A stretch of DNA of 64,000 nucleotides, from contig OY759599.1 of NCBI GenBank assembly GCA_963662465.1, positions 6,784,001 to 6,848,000 on the forward strand, given 5' to 3'. The translations under genes were made by a program, and so were the position numbers. The DNA comes from Desulfatiglandales bacterium (lineage in GTDB: Bacteria; Desulfobacterota; DSM-4660; Desulfatiglandales; Desulfatiglandaceae). The stretch's first letter is position 1. The number at the start of each line of letters is the position of its first letter. This document shows, in pieces, positions 20,973 through 31,150 of this stretch. The notes below the pieces were generated by a model. It saw nothing but the letters and a program-made list of their open reading frames with translations, ran no database searches and was not told where the DNA came from.

Positions 20973-21982
20973 TTCGCTAGAATCTCTTTCCAGTTTTCAA
21001 AGATGAATTGAACTAAATCTTCGATTCCTTCACCGGTTAAGGCTGAAATACACATGGATTTTATGCCGATCCTGCCAAGGGCCTTGCGCAACGCTCTGAT
21101 ATCCTTGTTTTCAGGGCCGCAAATATCAATTTTGTTGATGACTGCAAAGTAAGGCTTTTTGGCAAGGGAATCGGAATAAGCTGACATCTCCTTCCTGAGC
21201 ATCAGAAAATCACTCAGGATGTCCTTTCCCGGTTGAGGCGTTGCATCCACCAGGTGCAATAAAAAGCGAGTTCGCTCTATGTGCCTCAAAAAACGGTGTC
21301 CCAGGCCGCGACCCAGCTGCGCGCCTTCCACGAGTCCGGGAATATCGGCAACCACCAGCGTCTGTGCGTCGTCAAAGGTCATGACGCCCAGATTGGGAAC
21401 CAATGTGGTGAATGGATAGCTGCCCACCTTGGGGCGCGCCTGTGTAAGGCGGGAGAGAAGGGTTGACTTTCCGGCGTTGGGAAGACCGACCAACCCCACG
21501 TCGGCCAGAAGCTTCAGGGTGAATTTAAGTTTCAGCGTCTCACCGGGGATACCGGGCTGCGCCATCCTTGGGGTCTGATGGGTCGATGTGGCAAAGTGCT
21601 GGTTCCCTTTCCCTCCCAAACCACCGGGAATGAGGACGATTTCCTGACCGTCAAGGACCAGGTCGGCAAGAACAAGGCCCGACTCAAACTCCTCCACGAT
21701 GGTGCCTACGGGCGTTTCCAAAATACAATCCGCGCCGTTTGCGCCGGATCTGTTTTTGCCGCTTCCCGGTGTGCCGTTTCGAGCGCTGAGATACCTTTTC
21801 GACCGGTAGTTTTCCAGGGTGAAAAGTTTACGGGTGCTTCTGATGATGACGCTCCCGCCTTTTCCCCCGTCGCCTCCGTCAGGCCCGCCTTTGGGGATAA
21901 ATTTCTCTCTCCTGAAACTGACGCATCCCCTTCCCCCATTTCCGGATCTGGCCGTGATGACGGCTTCATCTAAAAAAAACAT
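20969..21982 (-). CDS. obgE: GTPase ObgE
   Basis: FRREKFIPKGGPDGGDGG, GLPNAGKST, YPFTT, DIPG. Confidence 0.97.
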   Translation of the reverse strand: MFFLDEAVITARSGNGGRGCVSFRREKFIPKGGPDGGDGGKGGSVIIRSTRKLFTLENYRSKRYLSARNGTPGSGKNRSGANGADCILETPVGTIVEEFESGLVLADLVLDGQEIVLIPGGLGGKGNQHFATSTHQTPRMAQPGIPGETLKLKFTLKLLADVGLVGLPNAGKSTLLSRLTQARPKVGSYPFTTLVPNLGVMTFDDAQTLVVADIPGLVEGAQLGRGLGHRFLRHIERTRFLLHLVDATPQPGKDILSDFLMLRKEMSAYSDSLAKKPYFAVINKIDICGPENKDIRALRKALGRIGIKSMCISALTGEGIEDLVQFIFENWKEILAK

Positions 21983-22021
21983 TTATTATCTCTGGCGGGA
22001 GGGCAAAAAACGTATGGAAAT

Positions 22022-22276
22022 CTATCCGGCGTAAACACTGACTTTTTTTCGATCTTTTCCTAAGCGCTCATAGGCCACAATACCTTCAATCTTGGCAAAA
22101 AGAGTATAATCCCGACCTAATCCCACATTTTCTCCCGGGTGAATATGGGTCCCTCTTTGCCTGACAAGGATGCTTCCGGCAGTGACTTTCTGCCCGGAAT
22201 AGCGCTTAATGCCCCGTCTCTGACCGTTACTGTCTCTTCCGTTCCTTGAGCTTCCGCCTGCTTTTTTGTGTGACAT
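22022..22276 (-). CDS. rpmA: 50S ribosomal protein L27
   Basis: [15 protein letters not shown]. Confidence 0.98.
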   Translation of the reverse strand: MSHKKAGGSSRNGRDSNGQRRGIKRYSGQKVTAGSILVRQRGTHIHPGENVGLGRDYTLFAKIEGIVAYERLGKDRKKVSVYAG

Positions 22277-22291
22277 GGTTTCCCCTTAGTC

Positions 22292-22609
22292 CTAAATACC
22301 TGATTCAATGCCGCTGATTTTGATAAGCGAAAATTGCTGGCGGTGTCCGTTTTTGCGTCGATATCCCTTTCGCCGTTTATACTTAACAACCAACACTTTT
22401 CGATGCTTGCCCTGACCGGTAATGCGGCCGGCCACTTTTGAATTTTCAAGAAACGGCTGTCCTACTTCGACGGTTTCGCCATCCGAGGTCAGGAGAACCT
22501 GATCAAACATTACCGTATCCCCCACTTCTCCCGGCAGTTTCTCGACCCGAAGTTCGTCGCCCTCGGCGACCCGATATTGCTTTCCGCCAGTCTTTATGAC
22601 CGCATACAT
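22292..22609 (-). CDS. rplU: 50S ribosomal protein L21
   Basis: MYAVIKTGGKQYRV...GHRQ. Confidence 0.98.
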   Translation of the reverse strand: MYAVIKTGGKQYRVAEGDELRVEKLPGEVGDTVMFDQVLLTSDGETVEVGQPFLENSKVAGRITGQGKHRKVLVVKYKRRKGYRRKNGHRQQFSLIKISGIESGI

Positions 22610-22686
22610 AGTTTAGTCTCCTTACTGATTAAAATGAATTGGTTACTATAAAGGCTCTCTTGATTTGAGTCAAGCATAAAAATAGT

Positions 22687-23649
22687 TTATGGTGATGCGA
22701 ATGGTTGTTTATTCTTGAAATCGGGGAGAAAGGAAGGCCGGTGCGTTGAGTAATCCGGGTAAGGTTCGGGAAACTGTACGAACATATGTTGAAATCCCAA
22801 TTGGTTGGCATGATCGTACACTTCCCCGAATTCCTGATCCGTAATGGTTCGGTTCAGTTCGGCATTTTTGTGGCGGACAACGGGATAATATTGAGACATC
22901 AGGCTGATGGGTAAATTCGCGCCGAACTCAATAAACAGGATGGTCAGTGCCTCAATGGAGTTCTCGATAGCGCCCGGAAGGATCAGGTGTCTCACCAGTA
23001 CTCCCTTGGTTGCAAGGGTCGATCCCGAAACTATGCAGTCCAGAAAGCCCTTTTGCCTGACCATTTCGGAAATGGCGGTGATTGCTTTTTGGGGATAGTC
23101 CGCACACCGGGAAAGCCGGCCGGCCAGCGCTGAATCGGAATATTTGAAGTCGGGCAGGTAGATGTCGGCATACTTTTCCAGACTTTTGAGCGTTTTCTCC
23201 GACTGGTATCCTGAAAAGTTATACACCGTGGGCAGAATCAGGTTCTCTCTTCGCAGATGGGAGACCGCCTGTATGATGTGGGGTGTGAAATGATCCGGCG
23301 TCACAAAATTCAGATTGTGTACCTTTTTTATAAGGATCATCTGTTTTATTTTTTCAATCAACTGATGCAAACCGATAACTTTTCCCATGCCGCCTCGGGA
23401 AATCTGGTGATTCTGGCAGAAAGTACACTGAAGGCCGCAACCTGAAAAGAAAACCGCGCCGGAGCCGTGGGTTCCCGTGATGGGGGGTTCCTCCCCGAAA
23501 TGCGGTCCCACATGGGCCACGCGAAGCCGAGCGGTTTCACCGCAGAAGCCGGAGTTTCCATGGGTCCTGTCCACGCGACAGGTCCGGGGACAGAGGTCGC
23601 AGGATCTGTAAATGGTTGCTAGATCCGGCGCCTGGTCGGAAAACCGCAT
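22687..23649 (-). CDS. Radical SAM protein (PflX-like)
   Basis: CDLCPRTC, HFGEEPPI, CGLQCTFCQN, YLPDFKY, LVRHLILP. Confidence 0.88.
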   Translation of the reverse strand: MRFSDQAPDLATIYRSCDLCPRTCRVDRTHGNSGFCGETARLRVAHVGPHFGEEPPITGTHGSGAVFFSGCGLQCTFCQNHQISRGGMGKVIGLHQLIEKIKQMILIKKVHNLNFVTPDHFTPHIIQAVSHLRRENLILPTVYNFSGYQSEKTLKSLEKYADIYLPDFKYSDSALAGRLSRCADYPQKAITAISEMVRQKGFLDCIVSGSTLATKGVLVRHLILPGAIENSIEALTILFIEFGANLPISLMSQYYPVVRHKNAELNRTITDQEFGEVYDHANQLGFQHMFVQFPEPYPDYSTHRPSFLPDFKNKQPFASP

Positions 23650-23921
23650 ATTCCTGTTCCTTCGTCAATTTCAAAAGAGAGGCAGTATGTTCGAAAGGGA
23701 ATCCCGTGTCAATTCGAAAAATCAAAATTGCTTTAGCATTGTTTTTTAACATTCGTTCAAAAAAGGGGCTTGACGAAGTCTGTTGAATGTTTATGGTTGA
23801 AGTGCTTTGGTAGCATTAAGGTGCTTGACATCAAAGGGCGTCGTTTTATAGAAGCTACGTGAAATGTTTCCGGTACATTGGAAAATTTCAAATGTTTTGA
23901 ATTCAGGAGGATTTATAAACC

Positions 23922-24308
23922 ATGAAAGATGGAAGAATTGCTATACCGAGCATGGGGGTTGGTGGTTTGGATGGAGAGAGGTCCGGCCATTTTGGTCATT
24001 GTGATGTGTTTACCTTCGTGGATGTGGAAGCGGGCGAGGTGAAGCAGGTTTCCACCATCCCGAATGAGAGCCATGTGCAGGGTGGATGCATGGTGCCCGT
24101 TAATTTGCTGGCCGGCCACAATGTGAAGGCCTTAATTGTCGGCGGCATCGGCATGCGGCCTCTGATGGGTTTCAAACAGGTTGGGGTGGATGTGTTTTAT
24201 GATGCGAGTCGTCCCCAGATCAGACCTGTGGTTGAGGATCTGATTGCGGGTAAGCTCCAGATGATCGATGATAATCAGGTGTGTGGCGGTGGCGGCGGTG
24301 GCGTTTGA
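23922..24308 (+). CDS. NifB/NifX family cluster-binding protein
   Basis: IAIPS, SGHFGHCD, IVGGIG. Confidence 0.85.
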   Translation: MKDGRIAIPSMGVGGLDGERSGHFGHCDVFTFVDVEAGEVKQVSTIPNESHVQGGCMVPVNLLAGHNVKALIVGGIGMRPLMGFKQVGVDVFYDASRPQIRPVVEDLIAGKLQMIDDNQVCGGGGGGV

Positions 24309-24357
24309 GCAAGGGTCCCCATATATTAAGAAAAATTTGAGGAAGAAGGTCGTTTTT

Positions 24358-24795
24358 ATGGAGAATGAGAAACCCAAAGACGATGTTTATAAAATGCTTT
24401 CCGAGTCTGGATATGCGGATAAGGCCATTGAATACTTTCAAAACCGAAACAATCTGGGCGTCATTGACGGCGCCGATCACTGTACGGATTTGACGGGGCC
24501 TTGCGGCGATACCATGAAGATTACCATGAATGTTAAAGGCGATCGAATCGAAGATGTCAAAATACAGGTCATGGGATGTCCGGGAGCAGTGGCTTCAGGC
24601 AGCGCCGCGGTTGCGCTTGCTAAAGGGAGGACCCTGGATGAGGCTGAATCCCTGAGTTTGGATGAGCTATATCATGAACTGGAAAAAATGCCTGACCAGA
24701 AAGTACATTGCGCCCGTTTGGCCATCAAAACCCTTCAAAAGGCCGTGGCCCAGTATCGGGAACAGCATTTAAGCCGGGCAGTCAACGAAAATTAG
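24358..24795 (+). CDS. NifU/IscU-like Fe-S scaffold
   Basis: GPCGD, GC, KVHCA. Confidence 0.85.
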   Translation: MENEKPKDDVYKMLSESGYADKAIEYFQNRNNLGVIDGADHCTDLTGPCGDTMKITMNVKGDRIEDVKIQVMGCPGAVASGSAAVALAKGRTLDEAESLSLDELYHELEKMPDQKVHCARLAIKTLQKAVAQYREQHLSRAVNEN

Positions 24796-24803
24796 GAGGT
24801 CCC

Positions 24804-25163
24804 ATGAAAATTGCCGTGACATCCAAAGGCGTCGAACTGGATTCTGAAGTGGATCCCCGGTTTGGGAGGGCAGCTTACATCCTGGTGGTGGATTCGGAGA
24901 CCCTTTCATTTGAAGTCTTGGACAATAAAGAGAATGTGAACGCATTTACAGGCGCGGGAATCCAGGCGGCCAAAATGGTGAGTGAGAAGGGCGCTGATGT
25001 TTTGTTGACCGGTTATTGCGGTCCCAACGCCTTTAAAGCCATGAATGCCGCGAAGGTTGGCGTTGCCAACGACGCGACGGGTTCCGTGCGTGAAGCCGTG
25101 GCTGATTACGTAGCGGGGAAACTGCCCCTGGCTGAAGATTCAAATGTTGAAGGTCAGTGGTAA
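24804..25163 (+). CDS. NifB/NifX family protein
   Basis: MKIAVTS, DPRFGRA, GAGIQAA, TGYCGPNA. Confidence 0.88.
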   Translation: MKIAVTSKGVELDSEVDPRFGRAAYILVVDSETLSFEVLDNKENVNAFTGAGIQAAKMVSEKGADVLLTGYCGPNAFKAMNAAKVGVANDATGSVREAVADYVAGKLPLAEDSNVEGQW

Positions 25164-25181
25164 AAAAAGGGAGAGGAAGCG

Positions 25182-25427
25182 ATGCCGATTTTTGAGTTTG
25201 AGTGTCTTGATTGTGGTCGGAATACGGAGATATTGATTGCGAGCAACGAAACCGATTTGGTGGCTTGTGGAAATTGCGGCAGCAAAAATCTCAAGAAATT
25301 ATTGTCGGCACACGCTTCCGTAAGTCCCACCGGGAGGTTCCCTGACAATGCGGCGGATCGCTGCTGTGGATCAGGCGGTCCTCCGTCTACTTGCGCCGGT
25401 CCCGGCAGTTGCTGCGGCCGGTCCTGA
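25182..25427 (+). CDS. FmdB family zinc-ribbon protein
   Basis: MPIFEFECLDCG...CGNCGS...KLLS. Confidence 0.85.
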   Translation: MPIFEFECLDCGRNTEILIASNETDLVACGNCGSKNLKKLLSAHASVSPTGRFPDNAADRCCGSGGPPSTCAGPGSCCGRS

Positions 25428-25611
25428 TCCGGGGCCTGTTTTTTCGGCGTTTATTTCAATCGCGTATTTCGCAACTGAGCAATGCCGGTCGTATTTTGAT
25501 TGAAATTGTTTTCCGCTGTGCTGTACCCTTCACGTTCCCGATTCTTCTTGCTCCTGTTGTGATCCGGGGCTATAATTATCCTTTTTCTAACCCATCTCAA
25601 CGTTTATGAAA

Positions 25612-25648
25612 ATTCGGGATTCAGTGTTTAATGCACTGAATTCCGAAT
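25612..25648. repeat. Intergenic 15 bp inverted repeat (terminator- or operator-like)
   Basis: ATTCGGGATTCAGTG / CACTGAATTCCGAAT. Confidence 0.5.
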
Positions 25649-25774
25649 CCTGGTTTCTGAATGCTTTGTTCAATTCATAAATTGCCGGAAAGGGGGTGAC
25701 GTGTTTTGATGGCGGCACGATGCTTAGGATAATGTCTTTATCCATCCGTTCACTTAAAAGCAAAGGGGGAACCC

Positions 25775-26818
25775 ATGAAAGATGTAACGCGAAGGGATTT
25801 CATGAAAAATGTGGCTATTGGCGGTGCTGTGCTGGGGCTTGGAAGCGCCGTGTTAAGCAAACCCGTAAAGGCGCTTGCCGGTGGGCAACATGATATTGGC
25901 CAATGCAAGAGCGTCAAAGTGAAATGTATTTCGGAATTGGGGTGGTTTGACAGCAAAGAGCTGATTGCACAGATGAAGGCAGCGGGAGGTCCCAAAACCA
26001 ACCAGTGGGAAATCCCCTGGGATCCCAAAAATGCCGCCGGCAGTTGTACGCTCATCGACATGGAAAGCCTGGATGGCAAGCACCACAAAATTCTCTTGGA
26101 CACGGGGTGGAACCGGGAATATATCGATGAGTGCTTCAAGAGAGAAGGCATCGATACCATGCTTAAGAACGGGGAGATCGAAGCGCTCGTTATCAGTCAC
26201 GAACACCTGGATCATTACTGGGGCCTGGAGACCACTCTCAAGTACAAGCCCGATATCAAGATCATCATTCCCAGCACATTTTATCCGGAAGGGATGTTTT
26301 ATCTGCGTGGCACGGAATATTTTACCCCGAATGCTCGGAACCGTGTGACTCACAGTGGAGAATTGGTCAAATGCGAGCCCGGAAAAGTCAACAAATTGTA
26401 TGATGGTTGTGCATTGGTTGCCTTTGATCTGCCCATTATAATCCGCGTCCGCGGTGAACAGTCCCTTTATTTCAATGTTAAGGATAAGGGGATGGTTTGT
26501 GTTACCGGGTGTTGCCATCAGGGCATTCTGACATTTGCTGATTTTGCGGCGGAAAATATTGCTGGCGGCGACAACATGTACGGCCTTTACGGGGGACTCC
26601 ACATTGCGCCTTTTGGTCCGGTGAATCCCGAACGGGAATACCTGATCAAGGGTATGGGCAATTACAATTTCAAGAAAATTGCTTGCAACCACTGTACCGG
26701 TCTTGCCGCCGTCAAAAAAATGGTCGAATTTGGATACCCAATGGTTAAGGGAACGGCCCGTTACGGGTCCAAGAGCGACCTCTACGTTGGGAATGGAGAT
26801 GAGGTCCTATTCGGTTGA
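25775..26818 (+). CDS. Tat-exported MBL-fold metallo-hydrolase
   Basis: TRRDFMK Tat signal, SHEHLDH, TGCCH, GGLH, HCTG. Confidence 0.88.
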   Translation: MKDVTRRDFMKNVAIGGAVLGLGSAVLSKPVKALAGGQHDIGQCKSVKVKCISELGWFDSKELIAQMKAAGGPKTNQWEIPWDPKNAAGSCTLIDMESLDGKHHKILLDTGWNREYIDECFKREGIDTMLKNGEIEALVISHEHLDHYWGLETTLKYKPDIKIIIPSTFYPEGMFYLRGTEYFTPNARNRVTHSGELVKCEPGKVNKLYDGCALVAFDLPIIIRVRGEQSLYFNVKDKGMVCVTGCCHQGILTFADFAAENIAGGDNMYGLYGGLHIAPFGPVNPEREYLIKGMGNYNFKKIACNHCTGLAAVKKMVEFGYPMVKGTARYGSKSDLYVGNGDEVLFG

Positions 26819-27051
26819 TGTTGCATGTTTATCTTTGGTTACCTTTTTCACACAGGTTCAGAGATGAATATATTTCAGCTTTCTGAACCTGTGTTGCATA
26901 TCCCCGCCTTGATGCATGGCACTTGACTTTTTCGAGAATGATGCATATCTATTGCGTGTCTTAAAGCTTTCCAAGATAGGAATTTCGGGAAACTTTTTTA
27001 ATATCGCTTATCAATTATTCCGGTTTGTCCGGTTGAGGAGACATCATAACA

Positions 27052-27918
27052 ATGGCGGATAATATGCAGGGTTGCGCCATGGGCAACCAAAATGAACAGC
27101 ATCAGTTGCAGGATAAAGAGATTGAACAAAGTCTTGCTCGCATCAAACATAAAATCCTGGTGATGAGCGGCAAGGGCGGTGTGGGCAAGAGCAGTGTGGC
27201 CGCTTATCTGGCGGGTGCTCTGGCCAAAAGGGGTAAAAAAGTGGGGCTTATGGACGTGGATCTTCATGGTCCCAGTATTCCCCGCATGCTGGGGCTTACG
27301 GGCAATATCCAAAGCGGCGTCAACGGTGAAAAGGCCAAACCCATCGAATACCTGCCCAACTTGCAGGTGATTTCCGTGGAGCCCCTCCTGGGAGAAAACA
27401 AGGATGCCGCAACTATCTGGCGGGGCCCTCTCAAGATCGGCGTCATTCGGCAGTTCATTTCCGATATTGAGTGGAATGATCTTGACTATCTGATTATCGA
27501 TTCGCCTCCCGGGACGGGCGATGAGCCCTTGACCGTTGCTCAGACCATCCCTGGGGCGGAAGCGTTGATTGTGACGACCCCTCAGGAAGTTTCCCTGGCG
27601 GATGTACGGAAATCCATCAGCTTCTGCCGCCAGGTTAATATGAAGATCCTCGGTCTGGTGGAAAATATGAGTGGCCTGATTTGCCCTCATTGTGGAAAAA
27701 CCATTGAATTGTTCAAGACTCACGGCGGCATGTTGACCGCTAAAAAAGAAAGCCTGAGATTCCTGGCAAGTCTGCCCCTGGAGCCGGAAGTGGTGATGCA
27801 GGGCGATGCCGGCGGTTTGGCGGTCCTTGAAAACGACAGTCTGGTTTTTTCCCGGGAATTCAACAAAATGGTGGATGAAATTGTGAATGTTTATGATCGA
27901 GAAGGCGGGCTTCATTGA
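27052..27918 (+). CDS. Mrp/ApbC/NBP35 Fe-S carrier ATPase
   Basis: SGKGGVGKS, WRGP, DSPPGTGD, TTPQ, ENMS...CPHC. Confidence 0.93.
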   Translation: MADNMQGCAMGNQNEQHQLQDKEIEQSLARIKHKILVMSGKGGVGKSSVAAYLAGALAKRGKKVGLMDVDLHGPSIPRMLGLTGNIQSGVNGEKAKPIEYLPNLQVISVEPLLGENKDAATIWRGPLKIGVIRQFISDIEWNDLDYLIIDSPPGTGDEPLTVAQTIPGAEALIVTTPQEVSLADVRKSISFCRQVNMKILGLVENMSGLICPHCGKTIELFKTHGGMLTAKKESLRFLASLPLEPEVVMQGDAGGLAVLENDSLVFSREFNKMVDEIVNVYDREGGLH

Positions 27919-27972
27919 GATCGGGTGAACTCTTGGATTAATGGTTCATAGTTGTGAAATAGGAACATTGCA

Positions 27973-28416
27973 ATGGCTGATAATCTGACGGATGTGAAAA
28001 AATTGCAGCAAGAGATTCTGCTGAAAAATGACGGTTACGGCGTTCCGGCGTTTGAGCGATGGCTCAATCCTCGTTACCGGGGCACCCTGGATGATCCCGA
28101 TGGATACGCCCGTGTGACCGGCCCCTGTGGGGATACTATGGAGATTTTTCTGCGGTTTGACAAGGACCGGATCAACCAGGCGGCATTTGAAACGGACGGG
28201 TGCGGGTCTAGCGCCGTATGCGGGTCTTTTGCAGCGGAAATGGCCTTTGGAAAGACCCCGGATGAGCTTCTGGCGGTAACCGGAGAGGCAATCCTTGAAA
28301 AAATGGGGGGCGCGCCCGAAAAAGAGCAGCATTGCGCCTTCCTGGCGGGGGAGACCCTTCAGGAGGCGCTTGGCAACTATATGATGAAAATTACGTCGGC
28401 TGGAAAAGACGGGTGA
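27973..28416 (+). CDS. NifU/IscU-like Fe-S scaffold
   Basis: GPCGD, DGC, HCA. Confidence 0.85.
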   Translation: MADNLTDVKKLQQEILLKNDGYGVPAFERWLNPRYRGTLDDPDGYARVTGPCGDTMEIFLRFDKDRINQAAFETDGCGSSAVCGSFAAEMAFGKTPDELLAVTGEAILEKMGGAPEKEQHCAFLAGETLQEALGNYMMKITSAGKDG

Positions 28417-28420
28417 TACG

Positions 28421-29284
28421 CTATTCCCCTTTTTTGGGCTTTTTGAAAACCAGAAAACTGCAGAGTTTGCAGATATCGAAGCCCGGATAGGTCTCGCCCG
28501 TGCGTGGAAAAGATACCCCGCCGTCACGAATCGTTCGCTCCAGGGTCCAGTGAAAAGTCGGTTCAAATTGTCCATAGGGCCAGATGTAGTTCATTTCCCC
28601 CTGTTCGGTTTTTCCGGCTGTTTTGCTGCTGCTGCACATCTGGGTGACATTCGGCTTTTTCGTGACATAACATTGGGCGCATCCATGACAAATGGATGAG
28701 TTCATGGTCATGACCGTTTCAAATGGATGGGTATCATGGGCCGCGCACCAGTCGTTGGCCATATGGTACGATTGCAGTGGGTCGCACATGCCATGAATCA
28801 GGTCGGGTTCAAAGGGCGCGGCGTGCAGGGGGGCTGTGGCAAAGGCCAGCAAACCCGGCGGCAGGCGTTTTTTGGTCTTGAGAAATTTCTCGGCCTGTTC
28901 CCGGCTTTTGGTGTATTTTAAGTGACTCTTTATTTCCGCTTCATCGATCTCTTTCCAGCCTAACACGTATTTTGCATTGGAACACCCTAGCTTGTCTTTT
29001 GTTCCCAGCAGGACATCCCCCCGCTGCCGGGATGCGGCCACATAGTGACAGAACGTATAGGGTCTGAGTCCCACCTGATAATCAATATTGGCTTTGAAAT
29101 CCGCCAGTTCTGCTTCGTCGAAAAAATATTTTATCGCTACGGGATAGTATTTCATTTTCAAAAGGTTGCGAAGCCCGAATACAATGTCCGACGGGCTCAG
29201 TTTACCATCGTTTACCTCTGCATTTTCAAGCAATCCCTTCGCTAAACTTACATCATCCATCAAAAGTCGGGTGTCTAATGTCAT
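28421..29284 (-). CDS. DUF169-like protein
   Basis: YPVAIK, TFCHYV, GCSNA, APL...PD, Cys-rich C-terminus. Confidence 0.7.
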   Translation of the reverse strand: MTLDTRLLMDDVSLAKGLLENAEVNDGKLSPSDIVFGLRNLLKMKYYPVAIKYFFDEAELADFKANIDYQVGLRPYTFCHYVAASRQRGDVLLGTKDKLGCSNAKYVLGWKEIDEAEIKSHLKYTKSREQAEKFLKTKKRLPPGLLAFATAPLHAAPFEPDLIHGMCDPLQSYHMANDWCAAHDTHPFETVMTMNSSICHGCAQCYVTKKPNVTQMCSSSKTAGKTEQGEMNYIWPYGQFEPTFHWTLERTIRDGGVSFPRTGETYPGFDICKLCSFLVFKKPKKGE

Positions 29285-29692
29285 CTATGATCTCCTGTCG
29301 CTGATTTTTTTTTAACCGCTTGCCCTTTTCATTTACATCTTCTGAGGTTGGCTATTGCAAATCCTATTTTAAGAACCGTTTAAAGTCAAACCACTTTTTC
29401 AATTGACTAAGGAACCTCAGTAATTCTATCAATCATTCAGCGCAATGATAATGCAGAGAGAAGTATTGCATTTTCTGGGAGCTATAGCGCTCAGATAAAC
29501 TGGTACAGGTCTGCTCAGATAAATTGATACACCAATTTTTTTTGGATTTCCCTACCTCTAAAGATAAAAACCCTTTACAGAAAAAGATACCCCTCGTAAT
29601 ACCCTATAATTTTGAGACCAATCAAAAAGAAAGAGGTATCACGAGGGTATGCCCAATTACATCAGTGACATAAGTGAGCAACTGGCTTTTTT

Positions 29693-30244
29693 ATAATAGA
29701 AATCCAAGGCCATTTTCAATTTATTTCTGGCTGGTACCGGGATGGAGAGGTCCGTGGTCTTGTTGCTCGCTATTATTTTGTTGTTCGCTCGGTTCTCAAG
29801 GAGAAACCCCACCTTAAAAACTGCCTGACTCGTTGCAAGCACTGCGGCATCTTTTTTATCACCCATCCCCGGAATGCCGGCCGAAATAATCTTGGTTGCC
29901 CCTTTGGCTGCCGGGAAGCTCACCGCCGAAAAAAATCCACGGAGAGAAGTACGGAGTATTACCGTAATAAAGAAGGCAAGGAAAAGAAAAAGGCCTTAAA
30001 CGAGAATCGCGGCAAAAAGGACAGCCCCCCGAAAGAAAAACAGGCGGAAACAATAGATGATGAACGTGAAGTGGTTGATGGCATTGTTCATCATGTTCGG
30101 ATGGTTACGAGCTTGATTGAAGGTCGTAATGTAAGCCTGGATGAAATTTATCGCATGCTGAACAATCCGATGAGACAACACAGCATCGACTCTGCGGAAA
30201 AATCGTTTTATGGTGGCCCTGGCTCTCGAAAAACTCCCCCGTGA
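29693..30244 (+). CDS. Cys-rich basic protein of E1; open frame has no standard start codon in its 5' part
   Basis: IIEIQGHFQFISGWY...CLTRCKHCGIFF...GCPFGCREAHRRKKS; similar to 49633-50049. Confidence 0.65.
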   Translation: MIEIQGHFQFISGWYRDGEVRGLVARYYFVVRSVLKEKPHLKNCLTRCKHCGIFFITHPRNAGRNNLGCPFGCREAHRRKKSTERSTEYYRNKEGKEKKKALNENRGKKDSPPKEKQAETIDDEREVVDGIVHHVRMVTSLIEGRNVSLDEIYRMLNNPMRQHSIDSAEKSFYGGPGSRKTPP

Positions 30245-30253
30245 GGAAGCAAA

Positions 30254-31150
30254 ATGGTCGATCAGATAGAAATTTCCAGTTTTGATTTACGATATGAGGA
30301 TTGCCGTTTGAAATCAGCAGGGACGGAAAGAGCCCTTTTGACCTCTGTGTCGGAAAACGGTATCCGGGATCCGCTCCAAGGGGTGGACATTGAAGACCAC
30401 AAAATTTTGCTCGATGGCTTCAAAAGATACCGGTGCGCAAAGAAATTGCATATCGAGATTGTGCCTTATCGGTCGATGGGGCGCGATGAGGCGAGTGGCA
30501 TCATTGATCTGATCCGGTTATCAAACACAAAATCCCTTAACATTCTGGAGCAGGCCCGTTTAATCGATGAACTGAAGCGAGGTCACCAGATGAGTCATTC
30601 AGATATCGCCGGACTGCTTGAAAAAAGCAAATCCTGGGTCAGCATGCGTTGCGGCATTATGGGTGAGATGAGTGAAACCGTGAAGAAAGAAGTTTTTGCC
30701 GGAAAATTTCCGGTCTATTCATTTATGTATACTCTGCGGGGGTTCATACGTATGAACACCGTTAAAAAAAGTGAAATTGATGAATTTGTTCGGTCCGTGT
30801 CAGGCAAAAAGCTGAGCATACGGGATATTGATCTGTTGGCAAATGGCTATTTCAAGGGTTCGGAGGAATTCCGGGAACAAATCAGAACCGGCAATCTTTC
30901 CTGGGGACTTGAGCGATTAAAACATCATAGCGCAATAAGCGATGGTCTGAGTAAGCGGGAAAAAACCCATTTGAAAACCCTCGAAACCATCTTGAGATAC
31001 ATACAGCGATTTATGGCGCAACAAAATGTTTCCTCCATGAGCAACGCATTTGCAGCCCAGGCCAACATGTTGTCGGGCGATATTATACAACTTTTTGATG
31101 CTTTTAAAATAGCAATGGAAGCCTTTCATGATACCACCGAACAAACGTAA
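30254..31150 (+). CDS. ParB/Srx-like N-domain + HTH protein
   Basis: SVSENGIRDPL, LLDGFKRYRCA, LEQARLI, IAGLLEKSKSWVS. Confidence 0.85.
   Translation: MVDQIEISSFDLRYEDCRLKSAGTERALLTSVSENGIRDPLQGVDIEDHKILLDGFKRYRCAKKLHIEIVPYRSMGRDEASGIIDLIRLSNTKSLNILEQARLIDELKRGHQMSHSDIAGLLEKSKSWVSMRCGIMGEMSETVKKEVFAGKFPVYSFMYTLRGFIRMNTVKKSEIDEFVRSVSGKKLSIRDIDLLANGYFKGSEEFREQIRTGNLSWGLERLKHHSAISDGLSKREKTHLKTLETILRYIQRFMAQQNVSSMSNAFAAQANMLSGDIIQLFDAFKIAMEAFHDTTEQT

Noticed and set aside
25853..28575. Long antisense ORFs (279, 305 and 209 aa) and similar shadow ORFs elsewhere
   Set aside because: They lie opposite well-supported genes and have no motifs of their own
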